Shown: positions 27,857-38,286, numbered from the stretch's first letter. The stretch is DNA of 64,000 bases from an uncultured virus (IMG/VR IMGVR_UViG_3300010002_000006) (IMGVR_UViG_3300010002_000006:124001-188000), one strand, 5' to 3'. Program-made: numbers and translations. The notes: generated by a model from the sequence alone, not told the origin.

Positions 27857-28486
27857 TTACTCCTCAGGATAAGCGTGTTTACTTGCTTCCCACAACAGGG
27901 CATTATCGTCCCACAGATGTTGTTTGAAAAGCGCGTTGATGTCAATGCGATGCCCATACTTGGTATCTAGCAGGACTTGAAACTGTACAAATTCTTTTTG
28001 CAACTCTGGCCAGAGTTCACTGCTGAACTTCATGTAGCCGCCATACCCGGTTGCAGTGAGGTGCTCGGGATCACAGGCGGATTCCGGTACCAGGATAAAG
28101 TTAAGACTATCTTGGTAACGAATTAAACGATACTGCTCATCTAAAGAGATTCCTTTTTGCAACCCCAGGTAATCCCGGAACAACAACAGCAGATCGTCGA
28201 ACTCCTCAACGATCGCATCGTGTTCATACCAGTAACTGATATCGGGATGGCGAACATACCCCACGATATCAAAACAACCGGCATGACGAATCAACCATTC
28301 CCGCAATGCCCAAATCAGGGTAGGGTGGTCAGAGAGATTAATCAGCCGGTGAGAGAGATGTTGCTTAAGTTCAAGCTGCTCTTCGATAATCCCATCAAAA
28401 GAAGTAAACTCGACCCTATTGCACGTTCTGGTCGAAGTATCGTTCAAGGTCTTCGACACTTGGGTAGTCGATGACGTCTGCGTCAT
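27857..28486 (-). CDS. Hypothetical protein
   Basis: Start reassigned to MTQTSS after AAGGAG. Confidence 0.65.
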   Translation of the reverse strand: MTQTSSTTQVSKTLNDTSTRTCNRVEFTSFDGIIEEQLELKQHLSHRLINLSDHPTLIWALREWLIRHAGCFDIVGYVRHPDISYWYEHDAIVEEFDDLLLLFRDYLGLQKGISLDEQYRLIRYQDSLNFILVPESACDPEHLTATGYGGYMKFSSELWPELQKEFVQFQVLLDTKYGHRIDINALFKQHLWDDNALLWEASKHAYPEE

Positions 28487-28889
28487 TACTGTCTCCTTCG
28501 GATTCGGTTTGGAAACTAGCAAACGTCAGATCCAAGTCCATGCCGATGCCGTAATACGTAATAGTGGAACGCGGAAGTGTGCGCTTCATAAGTCTGAACT
28601 TAAGACGGCGATCAAAACCAGCCGTAATGAATTGCTTTTTGATTTCCCGCACTTCATTATGAATGATTTCACCGAAGAATTGCAGATCAACATCCTGACG
28701 GTATTTTATCAGTTCTTCGTTGATTGCGTCTTCCGTATGACGCGTCTCACTGTTCATGATGTCAACAATGATGTCCAACACAATCGGAAAGTAGTAAGCA
28801 ATCCGTTCTTCGAGTTCGCCCTTTTCAGTCCTTGGAAGAAGTAACATTCCAATATTGGATTTCAATCCTCGACTGTCGATGTTGTACAT
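28416..28889 (-). CDS. Hypothetical protein
   Basis: Start reassigned to MYNIDSRG. Confidence 0.65.
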   Translation of the reverse strand: MYNIDSRGLKSNIGMLLLPRTEKGELEERIAYYFPIVLDIIVDIMNSETRHTEDAINEELIKYRQDVDLQFFGEIIHNEVREIKKQFITAGFDRRLKFRLMKRTLPRSTITYYGIGMDLDLTFASFQTESEGDSNDADVIDYPSVEDLERYFDQNVQ

Positions 28890-28896
28890 GTGCTCT

Positions 28897-29175
28897 CTAA
28901 TGTGTAGTAAGTTGGAATTGAAGATTACCCAACGAAGCAAGGTTAGCCGCATCGGTAACGTGTACGCCAAGCAAACAGCTCTCAGCATAATCTTTGACAC
29001 TCTCATACACAAACCCATGGGTAAGAGAAGCGTCAGGGTAATAGTTGGGTTGCTCTACCGGAAAGCCATTGTCATGACAAATCTGGGCCAGCATTGCATG
29101 CGCTAACCCAATGTCATTTTCAGACACAACAGCCAGGGAGTTACGCAAAGATGAGAGGTTAAACAAAATTTTCAT
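28897..29175 (-). CDS. Hypothetical protein
   Basis: 92 aa ORF downstream of PhuZ. Confidence 0.6.
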   Translation of the reverse strand: MKILFNLSSLRNSLAVVSENDIGLAHAMLAQICHDNGFPVEQPNYYPDASLTHGFVYESVKDYAESCLLGVHVTDAANLASLGNLQFQLTTH

Positions 29176-29215
29176 GGGGGCTAAAGCCCTGGGATTCCCA
29201 GGGCCTCCTTTTCAA

Positions 29216-30166
29216 TTACATCATGCCATCATCAGAGTTGGCGTCGCCGAACGGGTTTGCTGCTTTGTTAGAGAAACGGCCAGAGAGTTCATCGCTCTTG
29301 ACTTGTTTCTCATTAACCAGCTCTTTCAAACTCTCCAGGGTATCGCCATGATCCAGCACCGCATGCATGCCAGTTTGGATACCGTGGAACGACTGACCAA
29401 AGACGCCAGACTTACGGTACAACATGTTCGGGAACGGCACTTTGACTTCATCTGCGTCAGAGAACAAACTGATCGCAGCAACCGGCTTCGATTTGTAGCT
29501 CGCCAGATTATCCTGATGCAGGAATGAAACCTGCGACATGATTGGATCGGCTTGCACGATGTCGGTATAGTAGAAGAAGTTTTTGATGTCCTGTTCGTCG
29601 ATGCTGTCGTTTTCCAGGTTGAACATCATGATGGCGTTGTCGATACGCGCACAAGCCACGGCATTGTTTTCACCGTGCGTGGTTTCTTCGGTATTCTCGA
29701 TATAGGAGAACAGCACCGGATGACCGAGCTTGGTCTGGTTGTACAGCGAGCCCAGGGTTTCCACGGTGTTGGATTGTTCATTGAACGTTGAGGTATCGCC
29801 AATCACAATCGCCAGCACCGGGATCTTGCGCTCCAGCATACGACGCACTAACCACGGACCCAGTGACGCACCGGTACCACCGCCGGTTGAGAAGATCACG
29901 ATGTTCATTTTGTTAGGTGCGTATTTCGCCAGCATCGATTTGGAGAAGTCACCCCATTTCTCTCTGTGCGTATGACGACTGCCACCTGAACCTTTCGCGC
30001 CTTCCAGACGCTCCAGCGGATACGCGCCATCGGTGACGGCATCAGCATCAGAACTGTCGAAGCCTACCAGGGTACCCACAAACTTTCCGTTCTTCCCTTC
30101 GCGCAGATAACGGTTCAGGATTTTGATTGCGGTACCGCCAGCTGCATAAATGTTAAAGTCTTTCAT
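29216..30166 (-). CDS. phuZ: Phage tubulin PhuZ
   Basis: AGGTA, GAKGSGG, tubulin signature STGGGTGAS, T7-like SIDEQD, acidic C-tail. Confidence 0.92.
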   Translation of the reverse strand: MKDFNIYAAGGTAIKILNRYLREGKNGKFVGTLVGFDSSDADAVTDGAYPLERLEGAKGSGGSRHTHREKWGDFSKSMLAKYAPNKMNIVIFSTGGGTGASLGPWLVRRMLERKIPVLAIVIGDTSTFNEQSNTVETLGSLYNQTKLGHPVLFSYIENTEETTHGENNAVACARIDNAIMMFNLENDSIDEQDIKNFFYYTDIVQADPIMSQVSFLHQDNLASYKSKPVAAISLFSDADEVKVPFPNMLYRKSGVFGQSFHGIQTGMHAVLDHGDTLESLKELVNEKQVKSDELSGRFSNKAANPFGDANSDDGMM

Positions 30167-30302
30167 CTTTTATCCTTTCAAGGCTAAGTTACTTTCAGAG
30201 GTTAGCATAAAGCTCCAAATTCCATCTTTATGCGATTTAATCGTCTAAATAATAGTACGATCAGTATTAGTTAACTAAAGGGCTTAGAATCGCTTACAGA
30301 GA

Positions 30303-30698
30303 TTATTCCAACATTTGACCCAGGATGTTTTCTGCTTCATCCGAGATCCAAACGAGAATACCGTCCATGAGCTCTTCTTCAGTTTCTGCGTACAGCGCGT
30401 AATCGAGCTGAACACCCACACCGAGTGGGGAAGGCATGAACTCATACCCCTGGCGTTTTACCGGTGAGTTGGTAAAGGTGGCCTGCAGTTTCACCAGGAA
30501 GTTACCGGGGCCGGCTTCATCCACGGGATAGACCACAATGCTAAAGGTCAGGTTAAGATCCGCTTCGGTGATGCGAAAGTTAAAACCCTGCATATCTTCG
30601 ATGTTAAACCAGTTAGGGATCGGCTTGTCCAACTGCTCTTGACAGATCAGTTTGACTTTATCCACGGCATAACGGTTCACGGCATCAGTGCTGCTCAT
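30303..30698 (-). CDS. Hypothetical protein
   Basis: Start MSSTDAVN after GAGGA. Confidence 0.65.
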   Translation of the reverse strand: MSSTDAVNRYAVDKVKLICQEQLDKPIPNWFNIEDMQGFNFRITEADLNLTFSIVVYPVDEAGPGNFLVKLQATFTNSPVKRQGYEFMPSPLGVGVQLDYALYAETEEELMDGILVWISDEAENILGQMLE

Positions 30699-31059
30699 AC
30701 ATGTCCTCGACTTTCTGGAGTTTCTCGACAAAGGTCGGGATCACTCGTTGTTTTAAGATTTCAGCAATGTCTTTGTACACCACCAAATCGTGTTTACGAA
30801 AGAACGTAATTGACTCGCGCTCTTTGGGCTTCAAGAAACTGATACCAAAAGAGACGTTGCGTTCTGACTGGGTTAAGTCAATCTCGACAAAGCAGATAAA
30901 CACTTCTTTCTTCGATGACTTCCAGCGAAAACTCACAAAGAGGCTTTTACGGTCTCCGGGATTGAGCACCTTGATAAAGTACACATTCCGATACGGTTTG
31001 GGAGTATGACGAAAGGCAGCATCCATTAAGATTTCAGCGACCAGATCTTTGAGATTCAT
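30685..31059 (-). CDS. Hypothetical protein
   Basis: Start MNLKDL after GGAGGG. Confidence 0.65.
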   Translation of the reverse strand: MNLKDLVAEILMDAAFRHTPKPYRNVYFIKVLNPGDRKSLFVSFRWKSSKKEVFICFVEIDLTQSERNVSFGISFLKPKERESITFFRKHDLVVYKDIAEILKQRVIPTFVEKLQKVEDMYEQH

Positions 31060-31594
31060 TTTTCCCTCCCGCGTCACGGACAGCTGACTTAATTGTGCTC
31101 ATGATATCGGGCTGTGACTTTAACCACATATCAATAAGGTTTACTATGGTGCTGCCTTCCATGGGAAGATACGCGGCACTCGGATACGCCATGGGAAATT
31201 CCATCTCCCCGAGCCGAATATAGATCCCCGCTAATCGTGTCTCTGATCGGTTACGATAGATGAGATCCAGGATATCAACAGGATACCCAGTTCGTGAGCA
31301 CAGCAATGAGATCGTGTAATACTTTCTGATCGTGGAGTGAACATCGGCATCCAAACCTTTTAGCTTGGTAACAATGTAATATGCATTATAGCCAGGAACT
31401 TGAAATGATTCAGGCAATTGATTTAAAAACTGAATATTCAACATCGCTGACAGGGCATTACCAAGCGTATAATTTAGCCCATGTTGGAAGAAATTAAATC
31501 GCTCTTTCTCGAACATGTCCTCATTCATAATGTCAAAGCCTATATCTGCGTTATGTACACAATGATAATATTTGTTTGAAATTATTTTAACCAA
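31034..31594 (-). CDS. Hypothetical protein
   Basis: Up to 186 aa; true start may be internal (MNEDMF). Confidence 0.6.
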   Translation of the reverse strand: MVKIISNKYYHCVHNADIGFDIMNEDMFEKERFNFFQHGLNYTLGNALSAMLNIQFLNQLPESFQVPGYNAYYIVTKLKGLDADVHSTIRKYYTISLLCSRTGYPVDILDLIYRNRSETRLAGIYIRLGEMEFPMAYPSAAYLPMEGSTIVNLIDMWLKSQPDIMSTIKSAVRDAGGKNESQRSGR

Positions 31595-31636
31595 GCATAA
31601 TTGAGAGCAGGGTTTCCCCCGCTCTCAATGGTTGGC

Positions 31637-33394
31637 TTATTTAGCTTCAGTTTTCAATTGCAGGTAACGGGTAACAACACGTGCGTTGTTTTCGGTTCCC
31701 TCGTTGATCTGAACCTGGAGGTGACCGTTAACCAGTTTACCTTTCAGAATCAGATCACCCTCATTGGTTACGCCAATACCGGCAGCACGACCAATAGACC
31801 ACTGCTCCTTGATGTCTGCAAACTTCTCTAATGCCGCCAGTTCCTTATCATCAGTGATACGGGACATAACAGCTTCAAAGTAGTAAGAGACACCGGCTTC
31901 AGCGCGGCTCTTAGACGTTGCGGTGATCATCGGGATCACATTACGTGTGTATGGCTTAAGTTGCACATAGACCGTAATTTTACCGCCTGCGGTTTTGTTG
32001 ATCTTGGCTGCTAACAGTGGGCTCGAACCTACCGGCATTAAAGTACCGTTGATTCCACCACCATTGTGAACCTGAACACGAAGCAGGGTATTACCGCCAC
32101 CCTGACGTACGCCATCGACATCATCTAAACGGGCACTTTTCGACAAGTAGTTGCCGGTACCGATCATGTTGATATCAAGGCTGTCACCTTCCTCTGGCAG
32201 GAAGAAATTGCCGACACAGAACCAAGCAGGTTTATCGCTTGAGTTACTGATCTTGTTACGTGAACCCAGAGTACCCGGTTCCAGCACACCATCAACAAAG
32301 ATGCCGTGAGGTTGGATATCCACACGACCACGTTCCCACTCGCTCAACCAACGTTCGTCAGGAGCAGGAGTATAGTCGATGCCAGAAGTGGCACCGTGCA
32401 GATTACGGCCAATTTCAGTAAGACGGCAGTTCGCAGCACGAAGTTTCTTGGCACAATCTTCCATGTTGAAGTTCTGCATGACCCAACCACCACCAGAGAT
32501 ATCACCTGGATCGTCACAGTGCTCAATCCAACCGTTGCGCAGCAATGCCTGCGTACAACGTTGCATATCAAACACTTTACCGCCACGCACATTCTGGATG
32601 TTGAAGTTAGTTAACTCCACAGCGGTGGTATGGTTCCAGCCGCCGGCGTCACGATTAGACCAACGGTTAACCAGCACGTCACCGGTACATTGTGACACAT
32701 ACCACTGATCCAGTTTGGTATCCAGCGTATCAATAAGGCTAAGACACGTGCCACCAATTTTGGAGAAGCGCAGTGACTTACCATTAAAGAACTGACCACC
32801 AATAATGGTGTTGTTCAGGATACCTTTCTTGTTAGGTTTATCAACAGTGCTTACACCACGGAACTCAATGTTGTTAAGCTCTACCCAACGGTGATTCAGG
32901 TTTAACAGGAACTCTTCTTTGTCGTCAGTCACAATAACGGTACTGGCGAAATAGCCGAACTCAGCTGGCGCACCTGACATGCGGAAGTAATCGGACTCTC
33001 TTGCTGTCTCAAACTTAGAGACATAGAACTGGCCCGGTGGGAACTGAATACCCAGACCGCGATAGTTCTTCATTGTCCAATCATGCATTTTGTTCATGGC
33101 GACAATAGCATCGACCTTACCGCCAGGAACGGCACCAAACTCCAGTACAGTGACTTTTCCTGGGTTGGCAACTTCACGCTCCCAGAAATAATCCTTACCT
33201 GCAGCGACCATACCACCGTCGCTCCATTTCTGGATCACATTACGATTGACCAGATGGCCAATGAAATAGCCACCCCCAACGCGAGTGCCTGCATTCCACG
33301 CTTCCAGAAGAACACGTTGTCCTTCGGCAGTTGGTTTTAAGGCGCACAAATCAGAATACGACGCAACCGTATCTACTGTTACACTGGTGACCAT
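31637..33394 (-). CDS. AmsF/WceF-like tailspike-fold (beta-helix) exopolysaccharide-active protein
   Basis: N-terminal L..LKP...GQRV.L..W..G...GGG.F motif, EFGAVPGG, IQFPPGQFYV pectate-lyase-3-like start and beta-helix periodicity; recalled similarity to Erwinia AmsF. Confidence 0.65.
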   Translation of the reverse strand: MVTSVTVDTVASYSDLCALKPTAEGQRVLLEAWNAGTRVGGGYFIGHLVNRNVIQKWSDGGMVAAGKDYFWEREVANPGKVTVLEFGAVPGGKVDAIVAMNKMHDWTMKNYRGLGIQFPPGQFYVSKFETARESDYFRMSGAPAEFGYFASTVIVTDDKEEFLLNLNHRWVELNNIEFRGVSTVDKPNKKGILNNTIIGGQFFNGKSLRFSKIGGTCLSLIDTLDTKLDQWYVSQCTGDVLVNRWSNRDAGGWNHTTAVELTNFNIQNVRGGKVFDMQRCTQALLRNGWIEHCDDPGDISGGGWVMQNFNMEDCAKKLRAANCRLTEIGRNLHGATSGIDYTPAPDERWLSEWERGRVDIQPHGIFVDGVLEPGTLGSRNKISNSSDKPAWFCVGNFFLPEEGDSLDINMIGTGNYLSKSARLDDVDGVRQGGGNTLLRVQVHNGGGINGTLMPVGSSPLLAAKINKTAGGKITVYVQLKPYTRNVIPMITATSKSRAEAGVSYYFEAVMSRITDDKELAALEKFADIKEQWSIGRAAGIGVTNEGDLILKGKLVNGHLQVQINEGTENNARVVTRYLQLKTEAK

Positions 33395-33503
33395 TTTTTA
33401 CCTCTTCTAATTACACACTAAACAGAATCTAAATACACTCTAATTACATTTATACAAACGTCTGTACAAAGTATCATATTAGAAAAAATTAAAAGAGATA
33501 ATA

Positions 33504-33533
33504 AACCTCTACTCCCGTAAAGGAGTAGAGGTT
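33504..33533 (-). terminator. Terminator hairpin (CTCTACTC family)
   Basis: AACCTCTACTCC/GGAGTAGAGGTT. Confidence 0.75.
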
Positions 33534-33542
33534 AAGGAACGA

Positions 33543-34985
33543 TTATTGAGAGTAATGACTTCTCATCATTTTGAACATTTCGATCGCAGTCCGATGGGTT
33601 GTCTGGATAGGATCCATGACCTGAACAAACCGCTGCTCTTGACCTGGGGTCGGATGAGCAACTTCAAACACGGCATTATTTTCACGGTAGCTCATCCGGT
33701 AGACAGTATCACCCATATAGGTGTTACCGCTTGGAACTTTGAACGTATAGACAACACTGTGTTCAATTTCGCTGGCTTGCTGTTGCGGTGGGGTAGGAAT
33801 TTCAAACCGACGGATGTTAACATACGCCTGCTGGCTGTCAGAACGACGCAGAGGGTAACTGACTGCCTGTGGTCCTCCATCCTTGAACTCGGGGATGCTT
33901 TTCATGAGTTCACTTAAACTGGCGTCTACTTGTTGCAGGGTTGTGAACATCATATCGATGTCGTTGTTGGGACGACTATCAGGATGCTGTTGCTCTTTAT
34001 CAGTCTCACATTGACCGCAAATACAAACACGGCCAGAGAGGACATCCTGAAGGAATTGCTGACGAATTGCTTCACGACGTTCCAATTCTGAATCAGGAAG
34101 AGCGAATTCTTCTTGCAGACCCTGGAGTGAATTGCCGCACCTTGCAGTCCTCATGAGTTTAATAAGGTGAGCAAAGCGGCCAGCGCTTGTGATTCCTTCT
34201 GAAGAAGCCGGTTCCTTCAGTTCTTCTGTTTCATCAGTTTTGGGTAACGGTTCTTCTGTGCCCGAGGCTTGTCCCATCTCCAGTACTTCAGGAGAATCTG
34301 CCTGCGGAATAGCTGGAGCCGTCTTTTTATCAAACCCTTCATTGAGATAGCGGATAAACTTCTCGCCGCGCTCAACAGGAGTATCCGACAGATTCATGCC
34401 CATCTGCTGACCCATATCGAAATTGTCTTCGATGAATGGGCGCTGGAGATACGGGTATGACGTCAACAGTTCCAGGATTTTATCCAGGTGATGAGCAAAT
34501 GTCATTTTATCTTCCGCTTTTGTCATCTGCTCGAAATTGATCTGCAGCACAGAAGCGATGTTATCCACCGAAGTGTATCCAGTATACCGTTCTGCAATAC
34601 CTGGGAAAACCAGATACTGCGTATCGATATTAGGTTTGCCCGTTACCACAAACTTACCCTGTCCTGTCAACCCACGTTTGATTTTCATCGCAAACGACAT
34701 GCGCATCTTTTCATTTTTAGTGTGACAGATCTCTTTCCAAAGATCGATCAAATCCCCACCTTTATTCGTGCTGATCATCTCGGAGATTTTTCTCTCAATG
34801 GTCGCGGCACTGTTGATCGGGTCCTGGGTGTGGGCCGTTTCGATCTGGGTGAATGTGTTCATGATACGATCGACCATCTTGTCATTGAGACCCCCGTGTT
34901 CTTTGAACGAATTGGCGAAGCTTGGAACAGCGGCGATCAGGGTAACAACATAACGGTGCAGTAAATTGATATGTTTAGAAGGCAT
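33543..34985 (-). CDS. Hypothetical protein
   Basis: 480 aa; CICGQC cluster; acidic linker. Confidence 0.75.
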   Translation of the reverse strand: MPSKHINLLHRYVVTLIAAVPSFANSFKEHGGLNDKMVDRIMNTFTQIETAHTQDPINSAATIERKISEMISTNKGGDLIDLWKEICHTKNEKMRMSFAMKIKRGLTGQGKFVVTGKPNIDTQYLVFPGIAERYTGYTSVDNIASVLQINFEQMTKAEDKMTFAHHLDKILELLTSYPYLQRPFIEDNFDMGQQMGMNLSDTPVERGEKFIRYLNEGFDKKTAPAIPQADSPEVLEMGQASGTEEPLPKTDETEELKEPASSEGITSAGRFAHLIKLMRTARCGNSLQGLQEEFALPDSELERREAIRQQFLQDVLSGRVCICGQCETDKEQQHPDSRPNNDIDMMFTTLQQVDASLSELMKSIPEFKDGGPQAVSYPLRRSDSQQAYVNIRRFEIPTPPQQQASEIEHSVVYTFKVPSGNTYMGDTVYRMSYRENNAVFEVAHPTPGQEQRFVQVMDPIQTTHRTAIEMFKMMRSHYSQ

Positions 34986-35010
34986 GATATTTTCTCGCTA
35001 AGTAAATAAG

Positions 35011-35038
35011 GTAACTCTCGGAATGACCCGAGAGTTAC
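35011..35038 (-). terminator. Terminator hairpin
   Basis: GTAACTCTCGG/CCGAGAGTTAC. Confidence 0.7.
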
Positions 35039-35053
35039 ACAGAGGTGTGTGGG

Positions 35054-35509
35054 TTAGGCGTTAGCCATCAGGTTTGCTGCAATCTGAGGAAGTTCACTCA
35101 GCAGACGTTGTACGCGTTTAAAGAGGCGTTTCTCTTCGACTGATTCGACCGTTAAATCAACAACGTGATGTTCAACGATGAACGTGTCTTTGCGTTCAGT
35201 TAACCACAGGCTGACTTTCAGACTGTAGTACCCTGTTGGAGTTGGAGTCATAGTGAGCCGAATAGTGATCGGCTTATTGATCTGCAACAAGTCCACAGTC
35301 TGACTGATACCGAGCTCTTTATGAAGGGAACTGAGTTTCAGGTTTTCCTCTTCCAGACTTTCGATACCCAATGCCGAGCTTTCGCTAATGCTGAGCTTTA
35401 ATACAGCGCTCATGGCATTACGGATAGTGTACCAGCTTTGGTTAACCAGATCGGTTTGATCCTGTTCGCTCTCGAACAGAATGTTGATGCGTTGCTGCAA
35501 GCTAAGCAT
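35054..35509 (-). CDS. Hypothetical protein
   Basis: 151 aa; GAGG RBS. Confidence 0.7.
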   Translation of the reverse strand: MLSLQQRINILFESEQDQTDLVNQSWYTIRNAMSAVLKLSISESSALGIESLEEENLKLSSLHKELGISQTVDLLQINKPITIRLTMTPTPTGYYSLKVSLWLTERKDTFIVEHHVVDLTVESVEEKRLFKRVQRLLSELPQIAANLMANA

Positions 35510-35517
35510 TATGACCT

Positions 35518-35964
35518 CTATACGGGTTGATTACGGTAGTACGATAAATGAATAGGTGAAGCTTGTTTTGGTAAAGCCTCGAAGTTGCAATCAATAAATG
35601 AAGCGTTACCAAATTGATTTAGCCCAATAAAGGACAGGGTGGAATTTTGAATATGACACCGTGGTTTAATAACCAGTAGATGTAGTTTTCCATTTTCGAT
35701 CTTGGGATCATAGAGATGTGCTGAACTTAATTCAACCTTTCCCTTTAAAGAGAATCCTTTCCGCTCGGTAATGGTATTGTACCCAAACAGGCGGAGATCT
35801 AACTCACCATTATTAATGGCGGTTTCCAAATCGTTCCAAGCTTCATAAGCCGGGGAGATTTCACACTTCCCCACAGGCTTAAAGAAAACATGCAGAGACC
35901 CGCCGTTCTGTGGGTCATCTACTACCAGATTACCTTTCTCAACAGCAAATTGCAGTCTCTGCAT
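35518..35964 (-). CDS. Hypothetical protein
   Basis: 148 aa; GAGGT RBS. Confidence 0.7.
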   Translation of the reverse strand: MQRLQFAVEKGNLVVDDPQNGGSLHVFFKPVGKCEISPAYEAWNDLETAINNGELDLRLFGYNTITERKGFSLKGKVELSSAHLYDPKIENGKLHLLVIKPRCHIQNSTLSFIGLNQFGNASFIDCNFEALPKQASPIHLSYYRNQPV

Positions 35965-35975
35965 AACTACCTCAC

Positions 35976-36215
35976 TTACTCATAATGAGCAACACGTTGT
36001 TTATTACGGATATCCGAAAAGAGTTCGCCATGATTCTTGCGAGGCTTGTTACAGCACCACCCATCACACGATTTAGGGGCAGCAGCAACACGTCCAACAA
36101 TCTTCTTGTCTGTTTGTGGTCCCACATGATTCCCACTGCTGGACACATGATATCGGGCACAGTTCTTTTTCTTCACAACCAATTTATAACGACGGTAAGC
36201 ACGAGTACGAGTCAT
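35976..36215 (-). CDS. Small basic Cys-rich protein
   Basis: 79 aa; RTRAYRR N-terminus, PKSCDGWCCNKPRK; AGGAG RBS. Confidence 0.7.
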   Translation of the reverse strand: MTRTRAYRRYKLVVKKKNCARYHVSSSGNHVGPQTDKKIVGRVAAAPKSCDGWCCNKPRKNHGELFSDIRNKQRVAHYE

Positions 36216-36302
36216 AAGGGTATCTCCTGATCCACGGGAATAGCAATGGCGCTATTCCCTACATGGGGATCTCAGAGTGGCGAATTGATCGCAGGGTTTT
36301 GA

Positions 36303-37034
36303 TCACATTTCCACCAGTGGCCAGGTAAACCCTTCTTCAGCTAACCCCAGGGTTATCAGGGTGATCGCATATAAATGAACGATGCGCAGACAACGGTCTT
36401 TGTGAGACTGGCCTTCAGACTGCCCTTGGTTCAACGCATTGTAATGCGTTTCCTGTTTGGCAATCTGAAGTTCTTCGCTGTCAGACGCGGGCAGTCGCAG
36501 ACTGACGTTGAAACCCAGGTCATCCCAACTGGCATCGATCATACCGTTGAACTGTTTGGTGATCGCTTCAAAGTCCTGTGCTTCTACGTAGGTTCCAATG
36601 CGATCAGACAGACCGTAACGATACCACTCACGCGCCATCGCAGCAACGATGTGTTCCAGTAAGCTGTTACTGACTTGGATCATCGTGTTGCTGGCCAGGG
36701 TTTTCTCCAGACCCAGATCGATGTCTTCACGGGTCAAGCTAATGCCCCACGGTGTACCATGGATAAAGATCGCCATGGTCACTTCTTTCAGCTGCGGATT
36801 AGGATCATCTTCAGGATCGAGACCCAACGGACGCAATGGATTACCGCTGAAGATAATGGTGATGTCTTCTACACGGCCTTCGGTAGTGCGGAGTTGATAG
36901 GTTTTCGTCGGCCGATCTTTAAGCGCCTTGGCTTCGTGTAACGCAAATCCATCGGTCACGATCTGTCTCACTAACTGACGCAGATCGTCATGCAGACCCA
37001 TCACAGTCTGAATGTCGTAATAGTTCTTGGTCAT
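36303..37034 (-). CDS. Hypothetical protein
   Basis: 243 aa ORF. Confidence 0.7.
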   Translation of the reverse strand: MTKNYYDIQTVMGLHDDLRQLVRQIVTDGFALHEAKALKDRPTKTYQLRTTEGRVEDITIIFSGNPLRPLGLDPEDDPNPQLKEVTMAIFIHGTPWGISLTREDIDLGLEKTLASNTMIQVSNSLLEHIVAAMAREWYRYGLSDRIGTYVEAQDFEAITKQFNGMIDASWDDLGFNVSLRLPASDSEELQIAKQETHYNALNQGQSEGQSHKDRCLRIVHLYAITLITLGLAEEGFTWPLVEM

Positions 37035-37351
37035 TTGATTTCCTTGATACGTAGACCCATAAAGGCATCGGTAAGTTCTTTTACCAGCGCCGGATCTAAT
37101 CGTTGTTGTGAAAGGGAGTCACACGAGAGTATGGAATAAGGAATCTTCTTTCCATTGACATCTCCGATAACCTCAATGCGACTGTCATTGTACAATGGGA
37201 GAAGAGCCGTGGCATACAGGGCAATTTTGTAATTGGGGTCAAGCGCGCCTCGATTGTAGAAGTCACGCTCAACTTTACCTGTTACAACTTGCTCTAACAC
37301 GATCTGAATAAACTTCTCCACTCTGGGCCGCAGCTTTTTAGGTATGGCCAT
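37031..37351 (-). CDS. Hypothetical protein
   Basis: 106 aa, coupled overlaps at both ends. Confidence 0.7.
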   Translation of the reverse strand: MAIPKKLRPRVEKFIQIVLEQVVTGKVERDFYNRGALDPNYKIALYATALLPLYNDSRIEVIGDVNGKKIPYSILSCDSLSQQRLDPALVKELTDAFMGLRIKEIK

Positions 37352-38286
37352 TAAAACCCTTGGTTGCCGCCATAAGGATTGAAGTTGGAGTTGCGCAGTC
37401 CGCTCTCAGACATGGGTGCGGTCAGATGCGGATCCAACGTGTTGATCATCATGACTGATTTGTCATAAAGATGCTGAGGAAGTTCGACACCTGTACCACG
37501 CTCATCAGAGAAATAAGGCTCAATAACAAGCGGGTCAGTTTTCAGATCCTGATACAATACGCCTTGAACCATATACGTATTGATATCCAGATCAACTTCA
37601 CGTGCTGGTCGAATATACTGACCGCACGTCAACGAGACGATATCGGCAATGACGCTCAAGATAGACGAGTGAGTACTCATCGACTCCAGGATACACTCAA
37701 ACCGACTAACTTCCATTTCGCCTTGGCTAACCACAATACCACGTGGTGAGATCTTAACTTGCAGGTTATTAGGGAAACTAATAAATGCCGCACCTGTTTC
37801 ATCCGTTATTGGAGACGGCATCGTGTTACCCATTATTGCCGAGATTAATGTGCCGTGGCGAACTGAGTGAGCGTGAATCCCGTTCTTAAGTTGCAACAGC
37901 GCCTGACTGTTAGAGAGATAGTTAGCCTTCTCGCCCAGTGAGTTCAACAGTGATTCAATAAACATTTTGGTCGTACAGATAGCCGTCATGGAACGAAGAC
38001 CCGGCGACCAGGTATCAATACGACGGCCCAGTGTCATGTTCCCGATCATGTACGTTTCGGTACGTGAAGGATTTTGAGAACCTCTGGCGGCACGCATAAA
38101 TGGATGAACTTCGCTACCGTCGCTATACTGAGTAGACCCACGGACATCCAGTTTGATGGTGCACGGAATGTATTCAACGTCAAAATTGATAACTTGCGAT
38201 TTCTCGGCAGGGTTGTTTAACTTACTGTGGACGTCAAAAGCCAATGCCAGTTTGCCGATCAGTTCTTTGGTGAAAGTAACTTTCAT
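37351..38286 (-). CDS. Hypothetical protein
   Basis: 311 aa ORF. Confidence 0.7.
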   Translation of the reverse strand: MKVTFTKELIGKLALAFDVHSKLNNPAEKSQVINFDVEYIPCTIKLDVRGSTQYSDGSEVHPFMRAARGSQNPSRTETYMIGNMTLGRRIDTWSPGLRSMTAICTTKMFIESLLNSLGEKANYLSNSQALLQLKNGIHAHSVRHGTLISAIMGNTMPSPITDETGAAFISFPNNLQVKISPRGIVVSQGEMEVSRFECILESMSTHSSILSVIADIVSLTCGQYIRPAREVDLDINTYMVQGVLYQDLKTDPLVIEPYFSDERGTGVELPQHLYDKSVMMINTLDPHLTAPMSESGLRNSNFNPYGGNQGF

